A stretch of DNA of 64,000 nucleotides from Enoplolaimus lenunculus. Its lineage: Eukaryota. A model generated the notes under the pieces. The model did no database searches. It had not been told where the DNA came from and saw only the letters and a program-made list of their open reading frames with translations. The stretch lies in the NCBI GenBank assembly GCA_030248215.1, contig JASANG010003810.1, positions 496,001-560,000 on the forward strand, written 5' to 3'. A program made the translations under genes and the position numbers. Shown here piece by piece: positions 1-13,113 of this stretch. How positions within the stretch are numbered: position 1 is the first letter of the stretch; each line of letters begins with the position of its first letter.

Positions 1-1
1 A

Positions 2-237
2 CCCTTTCTCACATAGAGATGTCTATGGGCAACTCAGCGCCAGTGTATATACGTTAAATAATATATATCGCACAGTGTTCAACAATTATTGCAACACGTA
101 TACATAGTGGGCACGAGCGTCCAGCTCATGTAGTTGAGTGGTGATGGTAAACGCCTTCCACTCCAGTCGCTGGAGTTTTGAATCCTAGCATAAAAGTTGG
201 TCTCCGATGAAATTGAGAAAATCCGTGTGATAAAGGG
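2..237 (+). mobile_element. piggyBac-like MITE (family E) with internal tRNA-like segment
   Basis: Termini CCCTTTCTCACA...TGTGATAAAGGG followed by TTAA; homologous to the copies at 45734, 46943 and 56307. Confidence 0.8.
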
Positions 238-629
238 TTAAATATCCGTTTTCCATCTATGTTATATGATCCCTCTATCAATTTTCAGTATTTTTACAAC
301 CCATCCTGCCGCGCACTATTTTGTCAAATTTCTTCAATAATATCAATGGATACGATCCCTAAACATCCAAAACATACTTACACGTCTACGTTCGCCCCCA
401 CAAGTTAAATTTTAACGCATCTGAAATGAATAAACACTGTTTACAAAGCCATTCACAAAGGTGTACAGTCGAAAAACGCAACTTTACAGCAAAATTTTTC
501 AAACTTTCTTTAAAATTTCACTTCGACAAATACTTTGAATCATCGCAAATACAGATAAAAAGTTAACGCAAGCTACAAAGCATCTTAAGCTCTCAAATAA
601 CACTCTGAATACATAATACCAAGGGCCTA

Positions 630-826
630 CACTGCAAAAAAATGGTGATTCAAATTGAATCTTTCCGAAATAGGCCTTCCCGGACTACACAAACTGTGTC
701 AAATTCGACTCTTTCAGAATCAAATTCGGCTCAGAGTCGCTAAATGAGTCGAATTTGACTCAGTTTGTATAGTCCCGAAAAGCCTATTTCGGACAGAGTC
801 AATTTGACTCACCAATTTTTACAGTG
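630..826. mobile_element. CACTG-ended foldback MITE (family B; CMC/EnSpm-like, 2-bp TSD)
   Basis: Near-perfect hairpin CACTGCAAAAAAATGGTGA...TCACCAATTTTTACAGTG flanked by TA/TA. Confidence 0.8.
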
Positions 827-1303
827 TAAAAAGGGAGATTACAAGTCACCATCTGTCTTTTTGTCTTGGTAAGTAAGTAACCCCGTTTCCAAAATATTAG
901 CTACACAACATATATAATACACAACAAAATATAGAAATAAACAAACTGCTAAGAACAGAAGAGAATCAACATAGGATACTGACTTAGAAACGTGAGACAG
1001 AGCATAAGCTGAAAGCAGCAAACTACAAATATACGTTAGGTACAAAACTAAACGGAGGGGTTCCCCAGCCCTCTAAATTTTTTTGACCCCCTACTAAAGA
1101 TTTCGTCTAAGCTCTGTAAGAATGTGAGACATGCTTGTCCGTTACCAGTGCACAAGCAATATAGGTAATATATTGCACTGTATGTATATACATATGCTTG
1201 CCGGCAGGATACAAGTTTAACATATAATCGACAACGAAAGCAGTTGAAGATGCGGGCTGAGTGGCGCACTGGTACAGCGTTCGAAGCATCCGTAAGCTGC
1301 GAG

Positions 1304-1698
1304 CATGGTGCAACCGGAATTACAATTTACGCGAACCGGAATTTAAAAAAACACCGGACACGGCACCGAAACCTGACAACGAAAAATTCATTTTAAGTTT
1401 CTTTTTTGATTAATGATGTACAACCCTAGTTAACGATATGTATTCACTTTATCTACTGTATTTTAGATTTTCATAATCCACCGAAGCGAAATCTACTTTC
1501 GATGGTTTATTTTAAGCGATTGTCAAGGGTTATATACTACTATAATAATGAAATCTTTTTAATTTTTATCGTCATTTTTAGTAAAATATCTTAAGTTCCA
1601 CCGACCAAAATTTAATACCGAATTTTTTATTCCGGTAAAAATTTACCGAAACAGGAAGGTTAACAAAATGCCGGAACTGTAATTCCGGTTGCGCCCTG
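1304..1698. mobile_element. hAT-like MITE (family G, CAGGGTGCAACCGGAA ends); right end plus flank duplicated to ~1890
   Basis: Homologous to 4742-5106; TSD gctgcgag/gctgaaag; ~130-bp direct repeat at 1637-1757 versus 1773-1890. Confidence 0.75.
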
Positions 1699-2390
1699 GC
1701 TGAAAGAGTTCGAGCCACCATCCGTATGCCTCCTTTTTCAGACTTGGTACAAGGTCGGCAATTTCGGCATTAAATTTACCGGAACCGGAAGGTAAAAAAT
1801 GCTGGAACCGGAATTCCGGTTGCACCAAGGCTGACAGAGTTCGAGCCACCATCCATATGCCTTCTTTTTCAGACTTGGTACAAGTTCCGGACGCACCTAT
1901 ATTTACACTGACCAGTTTTACCACCTAAACAGCGTAAAATTGACTACTGTGACCCCCCAAATCTTTTTATCCGTTTTAAGTAAGTAGGAACAAACCACGG
2001 GGCGAATGCTCAAGCTTAATGACAATCAAATAAGCAATTAATTTGCTATATTTTTCTCATTATTCATTAATCCTTAACATTTTTAGTATTAATTAACTCA
2101 GTGACCCAGAACACAAAAGTATTAACAATGATTGCGACCAACGAAAACCAATGTAACCTAATGTACATCATATACCACACATGCTTATATTTAATTATCA
2201 GAGGCGGATTCAAAAATTTCTTGACGGAGGGGCGAGCGGGCTGGCAAATGTTATGACACACAAAAAGTGTAAGGTAGAGGGGACCTCATCATTTTATCGC
2301 CATAAAAGTTTCTGAGGGCGAATAATTGTAACGTATATGTGACATGCGAATGCAAAAAGACAATATAAACCTCATGCTGACGGTAGACAT

Positions 2391-2460
2391 CGGCAACCGC
2401 ATGGACCCACAGCCGACAGATTCTCAGTCCAGTGCGCTTACCACTGAGCCACGCTGCGTC
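2391..2460 (-). mobile_element. Degenerate tRNA-derived SINE head or tRNA pseudogene
   Basis: The minus strand reads GACGCAGCGTGGCTCAGTGGTAAGCGCACTGGACTGAGAATCTG..., with a clear A-box (TGGCTCAGTGG) and an anticodon-like arm; the B-box is decayed. Confidence 0.45.
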
Positions 2461-2662
2461 ACAATCAACTGCATGGTTTTTGTGTTTTGTATACCTTACA
2501 AGAACCTCAACATCACACACACATGCATCTTGATTCTTCCATGTTTCTACTGCTTCTCTTTATATGAAAACACACTACATATGCATCAGCGCTTTACCAA
2601 AGTGCTGCATCACCATGACGTTTCGCTTGCACCTAAAAACTTTTTGCCAAGCCCACTTTGTG

Positions 2663-2996
2663 AGGCTCATACCGCCGTCTGAGTCTCATAAATCGGTCTC
2701 CGGCTCCAACCACCGGTCCCTCAATCGAAAATTTTCACATTACCATCTATCTACAGATAACTATAATTACGTCAGCAAATCTGGTTATTACATAGGAGTG
2801 CGCATAGCAACAACTACTACTAACTTCAAAAGGCCCATACCGCCGTCTGAGTCTCATAAATCGGTCTCTGGCTGCAACCACCGGTCCCTCAATCGAAATT
2901 TTACACATTACCATCTATCTACAGATAACTATAATTACGTCAGCAAATCTGGTTATTACATAGGCGTGCGCATAGCAACAACTACTACTACTAACT
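2663..2996. repeat. Two-copy 168-bp tandem duplication
   Basis: Units start at 2663 and 2831 and differ by only a few substitutions. Confidence 0.9.
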
Positions 2997-3710
2997 CAAC
3001 TTATAAATAAGTGAGAATATACCTACCGAGAATATAGCGGTGATAAAGCCAAGACATTATTTCAAAAGCTGTACAACTTTATTCAAAGCCGGTTTCGGTG
3101 TAAACGTACCTTTTTTTCGCTCCCAAAATTTTGCAGGGTATGTTTCTTATCGCCTTTTCTATGCACCCAGGTATATATTACCTATATATAGCACAGAATA
3201 CTCAATGCATACTAAAAATAACCATGGTGATAAAGATTATAATAGACAGATAACCTGGTGCAAATACTAACTAGTAAATAAGCTAACAGGCTTAATAGTG
3301 CATATATATAACTATAAACACAAATATTATTAACTAATTGTATATTCAAAACCAGCTTGGTACAACAGCGAACCTGTTGCGAAACAAATTTCTGGCGAGG
3401 TTGGGTTGGGCGATACGGATGTTTCGGACGTCCGCATCCGCAATTGCATTATAAAGTATAAACTATCACGTGAATATTATCAATTCGATCTGAGATGTAA
3501 TTTCAAGCTCGAATTTGAACCGCCGGGGCCCCAGTCTCACGAATGGGACAGTTTAATCATCACAACTCAGCTGTCGGAGCTTGACGCTCGAGCCACAAAA
3601 CGGTTCTCACGTCATGTGGTCATCTTACACTCTCTACATACACGTAACAATCATTCAATACTGAGCAATGTATATCTAATGCTCGTATGCTATTTGTATT
3701 TCGTTGATTA

Positions 3711-3885
3711 TCTTTATATGAAAGCTGGAACGCCCAACATACGTATTTGGAGCAACTTTCCAGCATTACTTTGCTTACATTGAATCCTTAAAACATAAAC
3801 GTGATTTTTCTATGAAAAGAAAATCTGCGTGAAGATGTTTGTGCGCTCGGTAACTTTTGCGCATTGCGCAAAACCGGATGCCTAG
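3711..3885 (+). mobile_element. Mini-Helitron-like element
   Basis: A|TC 5' end, subterminal hairpin TTTTGCGCA-T-TGCGCAAAA, CTAG|T 3' end, no TSD; homologs at 30506-30682 and 59188-59366. Confidence 0.75.
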
Positions 3886-4741
3886 TATACTCTATGCGGG
3901 AAACGGTTAATGTATAATGGCTTTAGCTCCGAATGGGCTTCCCGGACGAGTAGAGGAGCGGATCCAGTTATCACGAATCCCACCACCGCTTGCTGTCTGA
4001 CCCCTTTACCTTTATGGAATAAAGCAGTTGTTTACTACTTAGTTGATTTTTTTGCATATTTATAAAACAGGTTTAGTATGCAAGTGCCTAATTAACATAA
4101 GCTTAGAGTTCCATTACAATTTCATGTACAATAATTGTACAAACGTATCCATTGTTCTCGGCGCGACAACTTCCCTCAACACCTGCCACATTGCTTGAAA
4201 ATCAGTCCACGCCATTCCAGTTTAACCAGTTAAATTTGTTCTACGTACCTCAAATACACCAGTTTTGTATTTAAAACCATTTTTTTTTAAATTAGAAATA
4301 CTAAACTTCATACGTTTAAATCAAAACCTTTTAACTTTAATTACATAGCTAAATCCTTAATATCGATTAGGCTGCAATTTACTCGTTACAATAATTTACG
4401 CAAGTACGAAACCGATTAAAACATTTTAGTTTCCGGGCATTTAAATCTAAAATATACCCAACTTACGTACCGAGTTGCACTTAAAACATTCCAAGTAATG
4501 GCGTACCGGATAGCCTGGATTGCCGAGAAAACGGTTAACTGGTTTTTGAGATACATTTTGGCAAAGCGCTAACAACAGTTCAATAAAGCATTGAATCTAT
4601 CTGGCAGTAACGAATGCCGATTGGATGAAAGCGCAACACCCATGGTCCACTTCTCGCTATGGTTTTTGCTCCAACCGCAAATAAATAAATACCTGCATGC
4701 ATAACATGTACACAATAAATATATTATACGTACATATATAC

Positions 4742-5106
4742 CAGGGTGCAACCGAAATTACAATTTACCGCAACCGGAATTTGAAAAAATTACGAACAAT
4801 TCGTTTTAATTTCCTTTTTTGCACTATTATTGGTGAAAGAACCCTAGTTAGAGATAGACATAGTGCTGTATTTTAGATTTTCATAATCCACGGAAGCGCA
4901 ATCTACCTTCGATGGTTTATTGTCGGCGATTCTCATGGTTTATACACTATGCTAACGAAATTTATTCAATTTTTTTTCGTCATTTTGTAGTAACATATCT
5001 TAATTTTCACCGATCAAAATTTAATGCCGGAATTTTGAATTCCCGTAAAATTTACCGCAACCGGAAGTTGAAAAAATGCCGGAACCGGAATTTCGGATGC
5101 ACCCTG
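4742..5106. mobile_element. hAT-like MITE (family G)
   Basis: TIRs CAGGGTGCAACCGAAAT / ATTTCGGATGCACCCTG with a perfect 8-bp TSD ATATATAC. Confidence 0.88.
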
Positions 5107-8100
5107 ATATATACATATACAGATATATACGTATAACTGTAGCGAATGCCGAGGCAAGAGAAAGGCACCACATACAACAAATAATAAAAACAATCGGGAC
5201 AGAAGAATGATCACAAAAAATGACGGAAACTTTTGGTCCACAACAATTAATTCCAGGAAGCTCCCGTGTGTTCTGAGGTGATCCTATCAACTTACCGAAG
5301 TCAGTACGTAAATTAGTTGTTGGATTCGCCGCATTTATTTGAATCGCGAGTCGTAAAAATTAATGAATTAATTCATACTTACCACCTACGGTTAGTGTTT
5401 TCTCCAATGTTTTCGACAAATCACGATTCGACAACAACGATTCTGTTCTATTCTACATTCAATTACACAACTGGTAAAGTGGAGTGGCCCACAAATAGAG
5501 ATCGACCGGAAATCTGGTTCCGGTTTAATGTCAAGCAAACAAGCGGCATTTGTATCCGGTTCCATAATAAACTTACCAGATACCGGATGTTTGCGGTTGT
5601 GGTCCTGAATATTATAAAAACTGTTTGTTAACGAAGTGAAAGCAGAAAAATATCCAAGCTAAACAACTAATTTTATTTATACCAGTAAACTCTCTATGTT
5701 GACACGACTCAAATACTACCAACAGTTGAGAAACTTAGATGTTATATCCGGTTGCCATCGCTTCCGACAACAATTTACTATCCAGCTCCTGTTTTGGTCT
5801 CACGAAAAGTTAATATCCGGTCGCTCCATCCCTGCCCATTAACCAACGACATGGTGTGCCAGCCACCCTTCGTTGCAGGTTTGTTTCTAAACTCAATCGT
5901 ACGACTAAAACAAACACAACACGAGATCGACCCGAAACAACTAAAAAATAATCACAACATAAAAACATCGTAGACAAGAACAAGGCATAGATAAGCAATT
6001 CATGAGCTTGACCAGTGCAGATAATAAATAAATAAAAATATTAAACACAATTATATAATATTAAACATAAAATATGAATATATTGTGTCTCGTGTGCTGA
6101 ACACTTACCCGAGTTGGCACCGGGTTGTAGTCCAACCGCTAATTTTTATTCGCAACAGGCAGAACAACTACTGGCAGAAAACACCACCATTTATCCAATG
6201 ATATTGCAACAAAAATCATGTTTATGTTCATTGTTATCCAATCGGATCCCATTTGCTTTCCCCAAGTTGTTCTGTTTGCGTCGACCAGCTGTTGGCGTTG
6301 GAGACATTCAGGTGCCAGCTTGAACCAATATGTGTTCACAGCACGACACGACATATAACGATATTCACTGATACCTCTCTACACATATATGATTGAATGC
6401 GACTGACATTGTGTAATATTTTTACCATTAAAAACCTATGGCAATTTGTCCCACTAGACACGATACGTTATTCGTAGAAATTATCAGTCACAAATACAAC
6501 TAGTCACAGTGGTTGCAACAGATGCAACCCCGCCATCTTGTAGCGTGATATACCTGATGGGGGGTGATGGAACCGATATGTCATCAAACTCCTGACTGGA
6601 GAATACACGTCGCAAATTAAAACGTTTTACATAAGGCAAACTTTAGAAGACAGTCTAAACATAGCATACAACGGGAGAGAACTCGTTGGAGCAAAAAATG
6701 TTCTACTTAGAACTTTACAAAAATCATATTAACTAATTTGAATACAATACACGAACGTCAATCTACTAGAACGTTGACCAAAATACGTATGTGGGGCGTT
6801 CCAGTTTTAATATTACAGATGTATTCTTATAACCAAATTCAAACCGTCTAAAATACAACAATATCTAAGACTTACCCGAATATAATTCTCCCGAAATCAA
6901 AATAGTTAAAAACCATCGAATAGGATCAGTCGCATCCAAACTGAACATAAAAACATTAAAGCAACTAATAAAACTAAATCTATATACAACTTTCCCAATA
7001 TTCCATAAGTACACAATTCAAGCCAAAATTGCCAGCAAAAAATCAAATTATCCAAAATTCATACCTTAAACATCTTCAAACGATTCTATTTCAATCGTGG
7101 CTGGATATCAGCAAACGATTACTAAACGAAAATTAATTCAAATTCAAGAAATAGCTTAATCTTGGATACATACGCATTTAAAATAAAATCGACCAGTCGT
7201 CATAACTACATGTATTGACTGAAGCTCGAACACACTTAAGCAATTATGCTAATATGCAAATTAGTTAATAGCTGACTATTCATTTATCGGTTTTGAAGGT
7301 TTGTAAACAATTTATTCAGATTGCTAGAACCCAAAAACTCTTCATTTACCCTTATAATTAGTGAAATAATTTAAAAAGTTATAATTTAGGCTTATCAATT
7401 AAGCTTACAAGCAAATGACCTATTAGATAACCATTCAATTATCGGTTTTGAAGGTTTCCAGACAATTTAATCAGATTCCTAGCACCCAAAAACCTTTATT
7501 TCTGAAATTAGATTGCTTGTAACCCTAATACTTAATTGATGATGATTCCAACTTTAGTACACCATGCTTAAAAACAGATAGGATATATACTACACTACAT
7601 CATTATATAAAGACTTATACCCTTCGCTCAATAAAACAAATTCTAGATATAGATAAATCATTTGATATGTTTTAATATGATGAAACTCCTGTAGTTGAAA
7701 CTAAATGCGAAAATTGTGCTGGACTTCAAACCTCACCATTCGCTTGTTTGAAATCTACAAGACCAATAATCAACAGGTGTTTGATGCAGAACACATCTGA
7801 GAATACGGGCAAACTTCCTAACAAAACAATACATTCCACGACTTTATATGAATACACGAATTAAAGCCTTCGAATTAAACAGATAGTCCAGAAGTTTTAA
7901 ATTTCTATTATAGCTGTATGATATTTGAAGCTTTCTCAATATTGGGACCTAAAACATTTTCTTAAATATTTGTAAAATGCAGGTACAAAAAGTTTTCCGT
8001 CTCTTTAATCCAAACAACCTGCCGATTTAGCAACAAAAACATAAATAGAACAATTTTAAATAAGAATACTTCCGATGCATGATATGTTTGAAATAAATCA

Positions 8101-8419
8101 CAGCCCACGTGGACGGGAATAATGATACAATATTGATACATACTGAAATTGTACAAATAAGTATTTCATTACCTGCACGCACGCACGGCTTCTGAAATAA
8201 TACGTACAAATTTTCAATTGAGGAGACTAACTAGAGCATTACTTTCAGAATTTTTTAACACGAAACTGTTTTAAATTCTTGTAAAGTCGTCCGCAAATTT
8301 TGTGCTACGCGTGAGAAGAGGAGAATATATCCGCATGGCGGGCGACGCCCATTTTACAACTGTAGAATCGCTGTCCTGTCAATAAACTTGTCCCAAGGTA
8401 GCCCGTTACTAATCTAACC

Positions 8420-8782
8420 TCACCTATTCCAACCTGGATTTACCCACCCACCAAACGCCGTTTCCAGCATTTGGGCTACTGCAATCGTAATCCGATCATT
8501 TCCATGAGCCGACACAACTTGCACACCCAGAGGAAGTCCCTCTGTAGTCGACAGTCCTAACGGGACTTGGGTAACCGGAAGTGAACAGGTATTGAACAAT
8601 GCAGTATAGACAGCGTTAAACGGCATACATGCAGACTCATTATGATACAACGCTGTGGTAGGATGGGGTGGAAAAAATAACACTCCGTTTTCCAAAAGTG
8701 TTGTCATTTGTCTTTCGAGCTTTTCACGTTCCGCTTTAATTTTTGCTGAATATTTCCCGTTCGTTTTCCCAATAATACGATG
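8420..8782 (-). CDS. FAAH2: FAAH2-like terminal exon 8
   Basis: Acceptor tttcag|CAT; encodes [10 protein letters not shown]...YTALFN...PVTQVPLGL...GLPLGVQVV...FGGW; TGA at 8422-8420. Confidence 0.93.
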   Translation of the reverse strand, partial: HRIIGKTNGKYSAKIKAEREKLERQMTTLLENGVLFFPPHPTTALYHNESACMPFNAVYTALFNTCSLPVTQVPLGLSTTEGLPLGVQVVSAHGNDRITIAVAQMLETAFGGWVNPGWNR

Positions 8783-11700
8783 CTGAAAGTTTGAAACATA
8801 CATATACGACAGGTGGACATTTAGCGAAGGGACTCGCAAGCCCTCAAATAATTTTTAGTTCCCGTCCCGAAAAACAAATTGACTAAGTTTAAATATGCAA
8901 AAGTGATAAAATAAATCCTTTAAGTTCAAAACCTTTAGTACCCTGGATTCAAAATTAAATTTTCCAAAAAACCAACTGACTTTAAATTTTGAATTATAAA
9001 AACCTTTAAACCTTTTACTATAAATTCAAACATTATCTTAATTTCCAACCAAAGCATGTCAACTTCTGATTCTGAAAATAGTACAGCCACTTCACTAACC
9101 TGTAAGCGCTCAAACAACGCTAACCCGGTCGCAGGCAGAGTATGAGGCGATTTTCCAACAGCAATCTTGAGCGTTTCCAAAAACGGATTACAGTCTCCTC
9201 TATTATCAAGGATTTCTCTTGAAAACGCCGGACACGAAGGCTCGTCCATATCGTTTAGCCACATTTCAAGTGTTAGGTGAGCTCCTGGCAAATCAACACG
9301 TATCACTTCGACACCAATCACAGTTTCAATATATTGTACAACCTGCAATAACAACATCCGAAATTATCAATATAACCCGCTTTCCTTAAAAAGTTACCTG
9401 GTGTACGCATGATATTGTGCAAAATGCATTACGCTCTGTCTTAAAACCTGTCTCAAGTTGTATCCTACCTGGGGAAAAGCCAAACTTCTAAGATAAATGC
9501 CAAATCTATATTAAGATTAAGACGATTAATAGCTGTTACAATTATGGATCGTTAACAATAAAAAAATTTCAAATGCTCTGTGATGCGCCTTAGAGTAGGG
9601 TAAAGCGAATGTTGCGTTATGACGGGGTTAATGCATGACAATTTTGAGGGCTGGATCTAGCCAAAACAAATGTTTTAATACCAATCTGTGTAGCTGTTAA
9701 AAGAAAAAATTTCCAAAAAACAGAGGTGCACAAGGCACGCGGTTTCAAATGCCAAAAAACTAAAAAATTCAAATTAAATAAACTTACTCGAAGTAAGGCA
9801 TTTCTAATTTCTGGTTCTACAGGAAACACATAAGGCATTGTTATTTGCTCCATGTAGTAGAATTTTAATCGCTTTATTTCAACCTAAAACGAGTCAAGAA
9901 CAATGTCAAACATCATTTCCTTTTTAAAATGTACTGGATTGCTTAGATGATGCATTGAACAACACCTATTCCCAAGCTTAACCACCACAAGTCCAGCACA
10001 TATTCAGATCTATCACAACCTGCTCAGAGAAACGTAGCAAAAATACGACAACCGGAATTAAAACAAAAATGCTAGATGTGCCATCTAATTAGAAATATTT
10101 CGAAAAATACCAAAATACTGCATTCATTCTCAACCAACTAAATCTGTCCTGAAATTTTAACTTAATATTGAAATTAGCTAAATATTTTTGGTTGCTATTC
10201 TGAGCCCTGCTCGCTTAAAACTTACAGGTGTTTCAAGATTAAGACACTTGGATTGTTCTGGTCCTACAAGAACCTTGAGCATTGGCAACAGATCACAGGC
10301 ATAGCGACACATCGGCCCAGCCGTGTGCATTTGTTTTTGATAACCGTATGAGTGCGGATAGGTACCTACGTCTGATACTACACCTAAAATTAAATAAAGA
10401 AACCATAGGTCCAAACAACCAAAATTCTAGAACACAAGAAATATCCTTTTCACACATTAATGGTATTTGCTATGAAAATTTCGACTGCACTTAGCATGTG
10501 CTAATTTTTCTTATCAAGAACTTGCACTTTCAAGTTGCTCGTGTTGTACTTCATTTTCCATAACTGATTTCTACTCGTCTATTTCACGCAAAATGTTTTA
10601 TCAAGAAAAAATATTATAACAGCTTTAATTTTGATACGTTAAAACCTATAATACAGCACAAACAAAGACTACTTACATTTGGATGGCTTGTGCCCAAAGA
10701 CGCCATTGAAAAACGCCGGCATTCGTATGCTGCCACCAATATCGGAACCGAGGCCAACTACTGAGCCGCCAGCGGCAAGCAAACAACCTTCACCACCTAA
10801 AAGGGAAACAGTTGTACAGTCGGATTGCGGATTGGCATACGACTAAATTGTTAAACATACCACACAATTTTATACTGAATAATGTTAAGATAATATTTGA
10901 TAAACATAACATTGTTACACGACGTTTACTTATATACCTACTACTGTTATAGAACAGTTGCATGAATTATATAAATCAAATCAGTATAAAATCGCCTACC
11001 GGAGCTTCCACCAACTATACGCCGCGTATCATACGGATTTCGTGTTCGGCCATAAATACCATTATTTGATTCCCACCACATACAAACTTCAGAAACATTA
11101 GTGATTGCTAAACAGATTGCGCCGGCACGTTTCATATGTTTCACAACATCAGCATCTTCGGTTACACGAGTATTGCGCCTGCAATAGATTCCGGCGGTGC
11201 ATTTCATGCCTAAAATCACCAAAAGTTTCACTTGAACACACAATTACATAATATATCAAACTGCCATAAAGACAAACTGATCACACCAAAGTATGTAAGT
11301 TTTAAATAACATGCAATAAAAAACATGGAGGTTTAATATACATGAACAGCTGTTTTTCATGAAATAAGAAAGGAGCCATGAAATTAAACTAACATTTCGA
11401 GAGACAAAGTGCTTACGAATGTCACTGTGTCAGAAGTCACAACAATAAAACAAAATTAAACTGTTACGTAATTATATATTTATACCAAGAGTATCGCTTT
11501 TAATTATAAAATTCTTCAAAAGATTTGCACACCACTATATACTTCAATATAAAATTTATAAACACTACGTATATATATGTATATATAACGTCGGATAAGC
11601 CATTCAATAAGGAATAAAACATCGAAATAAGTTAACAAACATGTACCTGCAACAAAAATGCAATCTTTAAGAGTAAAGGGAACACCCAAAAGCGGGCACT

Positions 11701-13113
11701 CTGCAACGGATTTGGCACTGCGATTTGCTATAGTTTCATCAACTTGCCGCGCTTCTTGTAAAGCTTTGGTAAATCTATCCTCAACCATTGCATTTAATTG
11801 TGAATTCAGTTGTTTGATTCGTTCGATGTATGCACTAACAATTTCTTCGCTTGTCAACTACAAACAAAGAAGAATACTTAAGCGATGCCCTTTAAAAGCA
11901 TCGTTTAAATTAATTATAGTAACATATTAAATGTATACATATAAAAATGTTTCGTATTATTCACCTATTCCATTGCGAAACCTTACTGTTGCTATAAAAC
12001 GCCTTGTATATACCTAACCTATCTATACTTAGACGGAACAACACACTCGAATTTGAGAAAAAACTCGTAATCATAAAACATGCGCTAGGTTGAAAAGAAA
12101 GATTCCCTATTTGAACGGTGGGTTGCGCAGACTAATACAGACATACCAATTTGTGTTTACTGCATGCAGTGTTAAGAAATGGGTTCTATTACGATTATGT
12201 TTATCTGCGTGTTAGGGTTTATGTTAATGCACACGACTATACAACTGAGCACAGTATAAGCAGGTTTCTCCCACAAGGCCCAGGTTTTTCCCGCCTTTCG
12301 CGCATTGGCGGAAAATGAACAACTTAGTGACCTTAATTTTTCGGCATAATGACGAATCCTAAACAGTTATTCGAACCTATTCTATTGTGGCCTTGTTATA
12401 CATGAACCGTTTTAAGGCCATACAAGCCACATTTAGAGATGCACTCATTACTACGCACATCAAATTTCACCTATACAAAAGTTCACCTAACTATATTCTA
12501 ATGTCTACACAGTGTGTCTATTAGAAAATTTCTTATAGTGCTAATAAGCTTGTAAAGAACATTCTTCCCATGAACATAGATTACGAAAGAGGAAGGATTT
12601 GCTTCTCCCATATATTGGAGTGGCTATTTTGGTCAAAAACCACGACATTTAAGTAGTAGAACTGAAATTCGCGTTCTACGGCTCAATTAAGGCGGTGCCG
12701 AAAATGAAAAATCAAATGAAAATTAGTGCGGTTGATATGAACCGCATCGCAAGTCACCGCGTTTGCTATGATCCGATATTACATTAATCATTATGTCAGT
12801 ATCTAGTATTCATTGGTGTAAGGGCCCTTGAATGAAGCGCAAATGCAATGTTATAAGTTTGAAAAAACTTCGTAAATTCGGATTTTCCATGGAACTAAAT
12901 ATCATTAAGTCAATTTTTGCGCAGCATTTTTTCGAATGTTCAATTTACCTCTTGAGATCGAATTTTTAATGCGAGTATTGAAGCGGATTGCAACAAAATG
13001 TCATTGTCAACTGGCTGGACAGTAACGTGTTTTCGAAACGAATTTAACAGCATGAAGGCCCCGCGAAATAGTTTGAACCATATCCAAACCAGCACCTGCG
13101 TTATTAGCGACAT
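8420..13113 (-). CDS. FAAH2: Fatty-acid amide hydrolase 2-like amidase-signature protein; 8 exons: 13113-12949, 11857-11647, 11209-11000, 10796-10677, 10383-10226, 9883-9788, 9342-9100, 8782-8420 (1566 nt, 521 aa + TGA)
   Basis: All seven introns are GT..AG with consistent phases (0,1,1,1,0,0,0). The spliced protein has an N-terminal hydrophobic segment, [11 protein letters not shown] (catalytic Lys), [46 protein letters not shown] (Ser-cisSer-Lys amidase signature) and a C-terminal GLPLGVQVV...LETAFGGW. An in-frame TGA lies just upstream of the ATG. Confidence 0.93.
9100..9342 (-). CDS. FAAH2: FAAH2-like exon 7
   Basis: Acceptor ttgcag|GTT and donor CAG|gttagt; encodes VVQYIE...[19 protein letters not shown]. 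Confidence 0.9.
9788..9883 (-). CDS. FAAH2: FAAH2-like exon 6
   Basis: Acceptor gttttag|GTT and donor CGA|gtaagt; encodes [32 protein letters not shown]. Confidence 0.88.
10226..10383 (-). CDS. FAAH2: FAAH2-like exon 5
   Basis: Acceptor ttttag|GT and donor CCT|gtaagt; encodes [17 protein letters not shown]. Confidence 0.92.
10677..10796 (-). CDS. FAAH2: FAAH2-like exon 4 (contains nucleophile Ser)
   Basis: Acceptor ttttag|GT and donor AAAT|gtaagt; encodes [40 protein letters not shown]. Confidence 0.93.
11000..11209 (-). CDS. FAAH2: FAAH2-like exon 3
   Basis: Acceptor ttttag|GC and donor TCCG|gtaggc; encodes [25 protein letters not shown]...GGSS. Confidence 0.93.
11647..11857 (-). CDS. FAAH2: FAAH2-like exon 2
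   Basis: Acceptor tttgtag|TTG and donor GCAG|gtacat; encodes [14 protein letters not shown]...[11 protein letters not shown]. Confidence 0.93.
12949..13113 (-). CDS. FAAH2: FAAH2-like coding exon 1 ([16 protein letters not shown]...LALKIRSQE)
   Basis: ATG at 13113 and donor GAG|GTAAAT. The motif [15 protein letters not shown] is typical of FAAH2 N-termini. This exon is absent from the ORF track because it is only 55 aa. Confidence 0.85.

Noticed and set aside
3911..4215. Possible solo LTR (TGT start, AATAAA)
   Set aside because: There is no convincing CA end with TSD and no second copy in the window.
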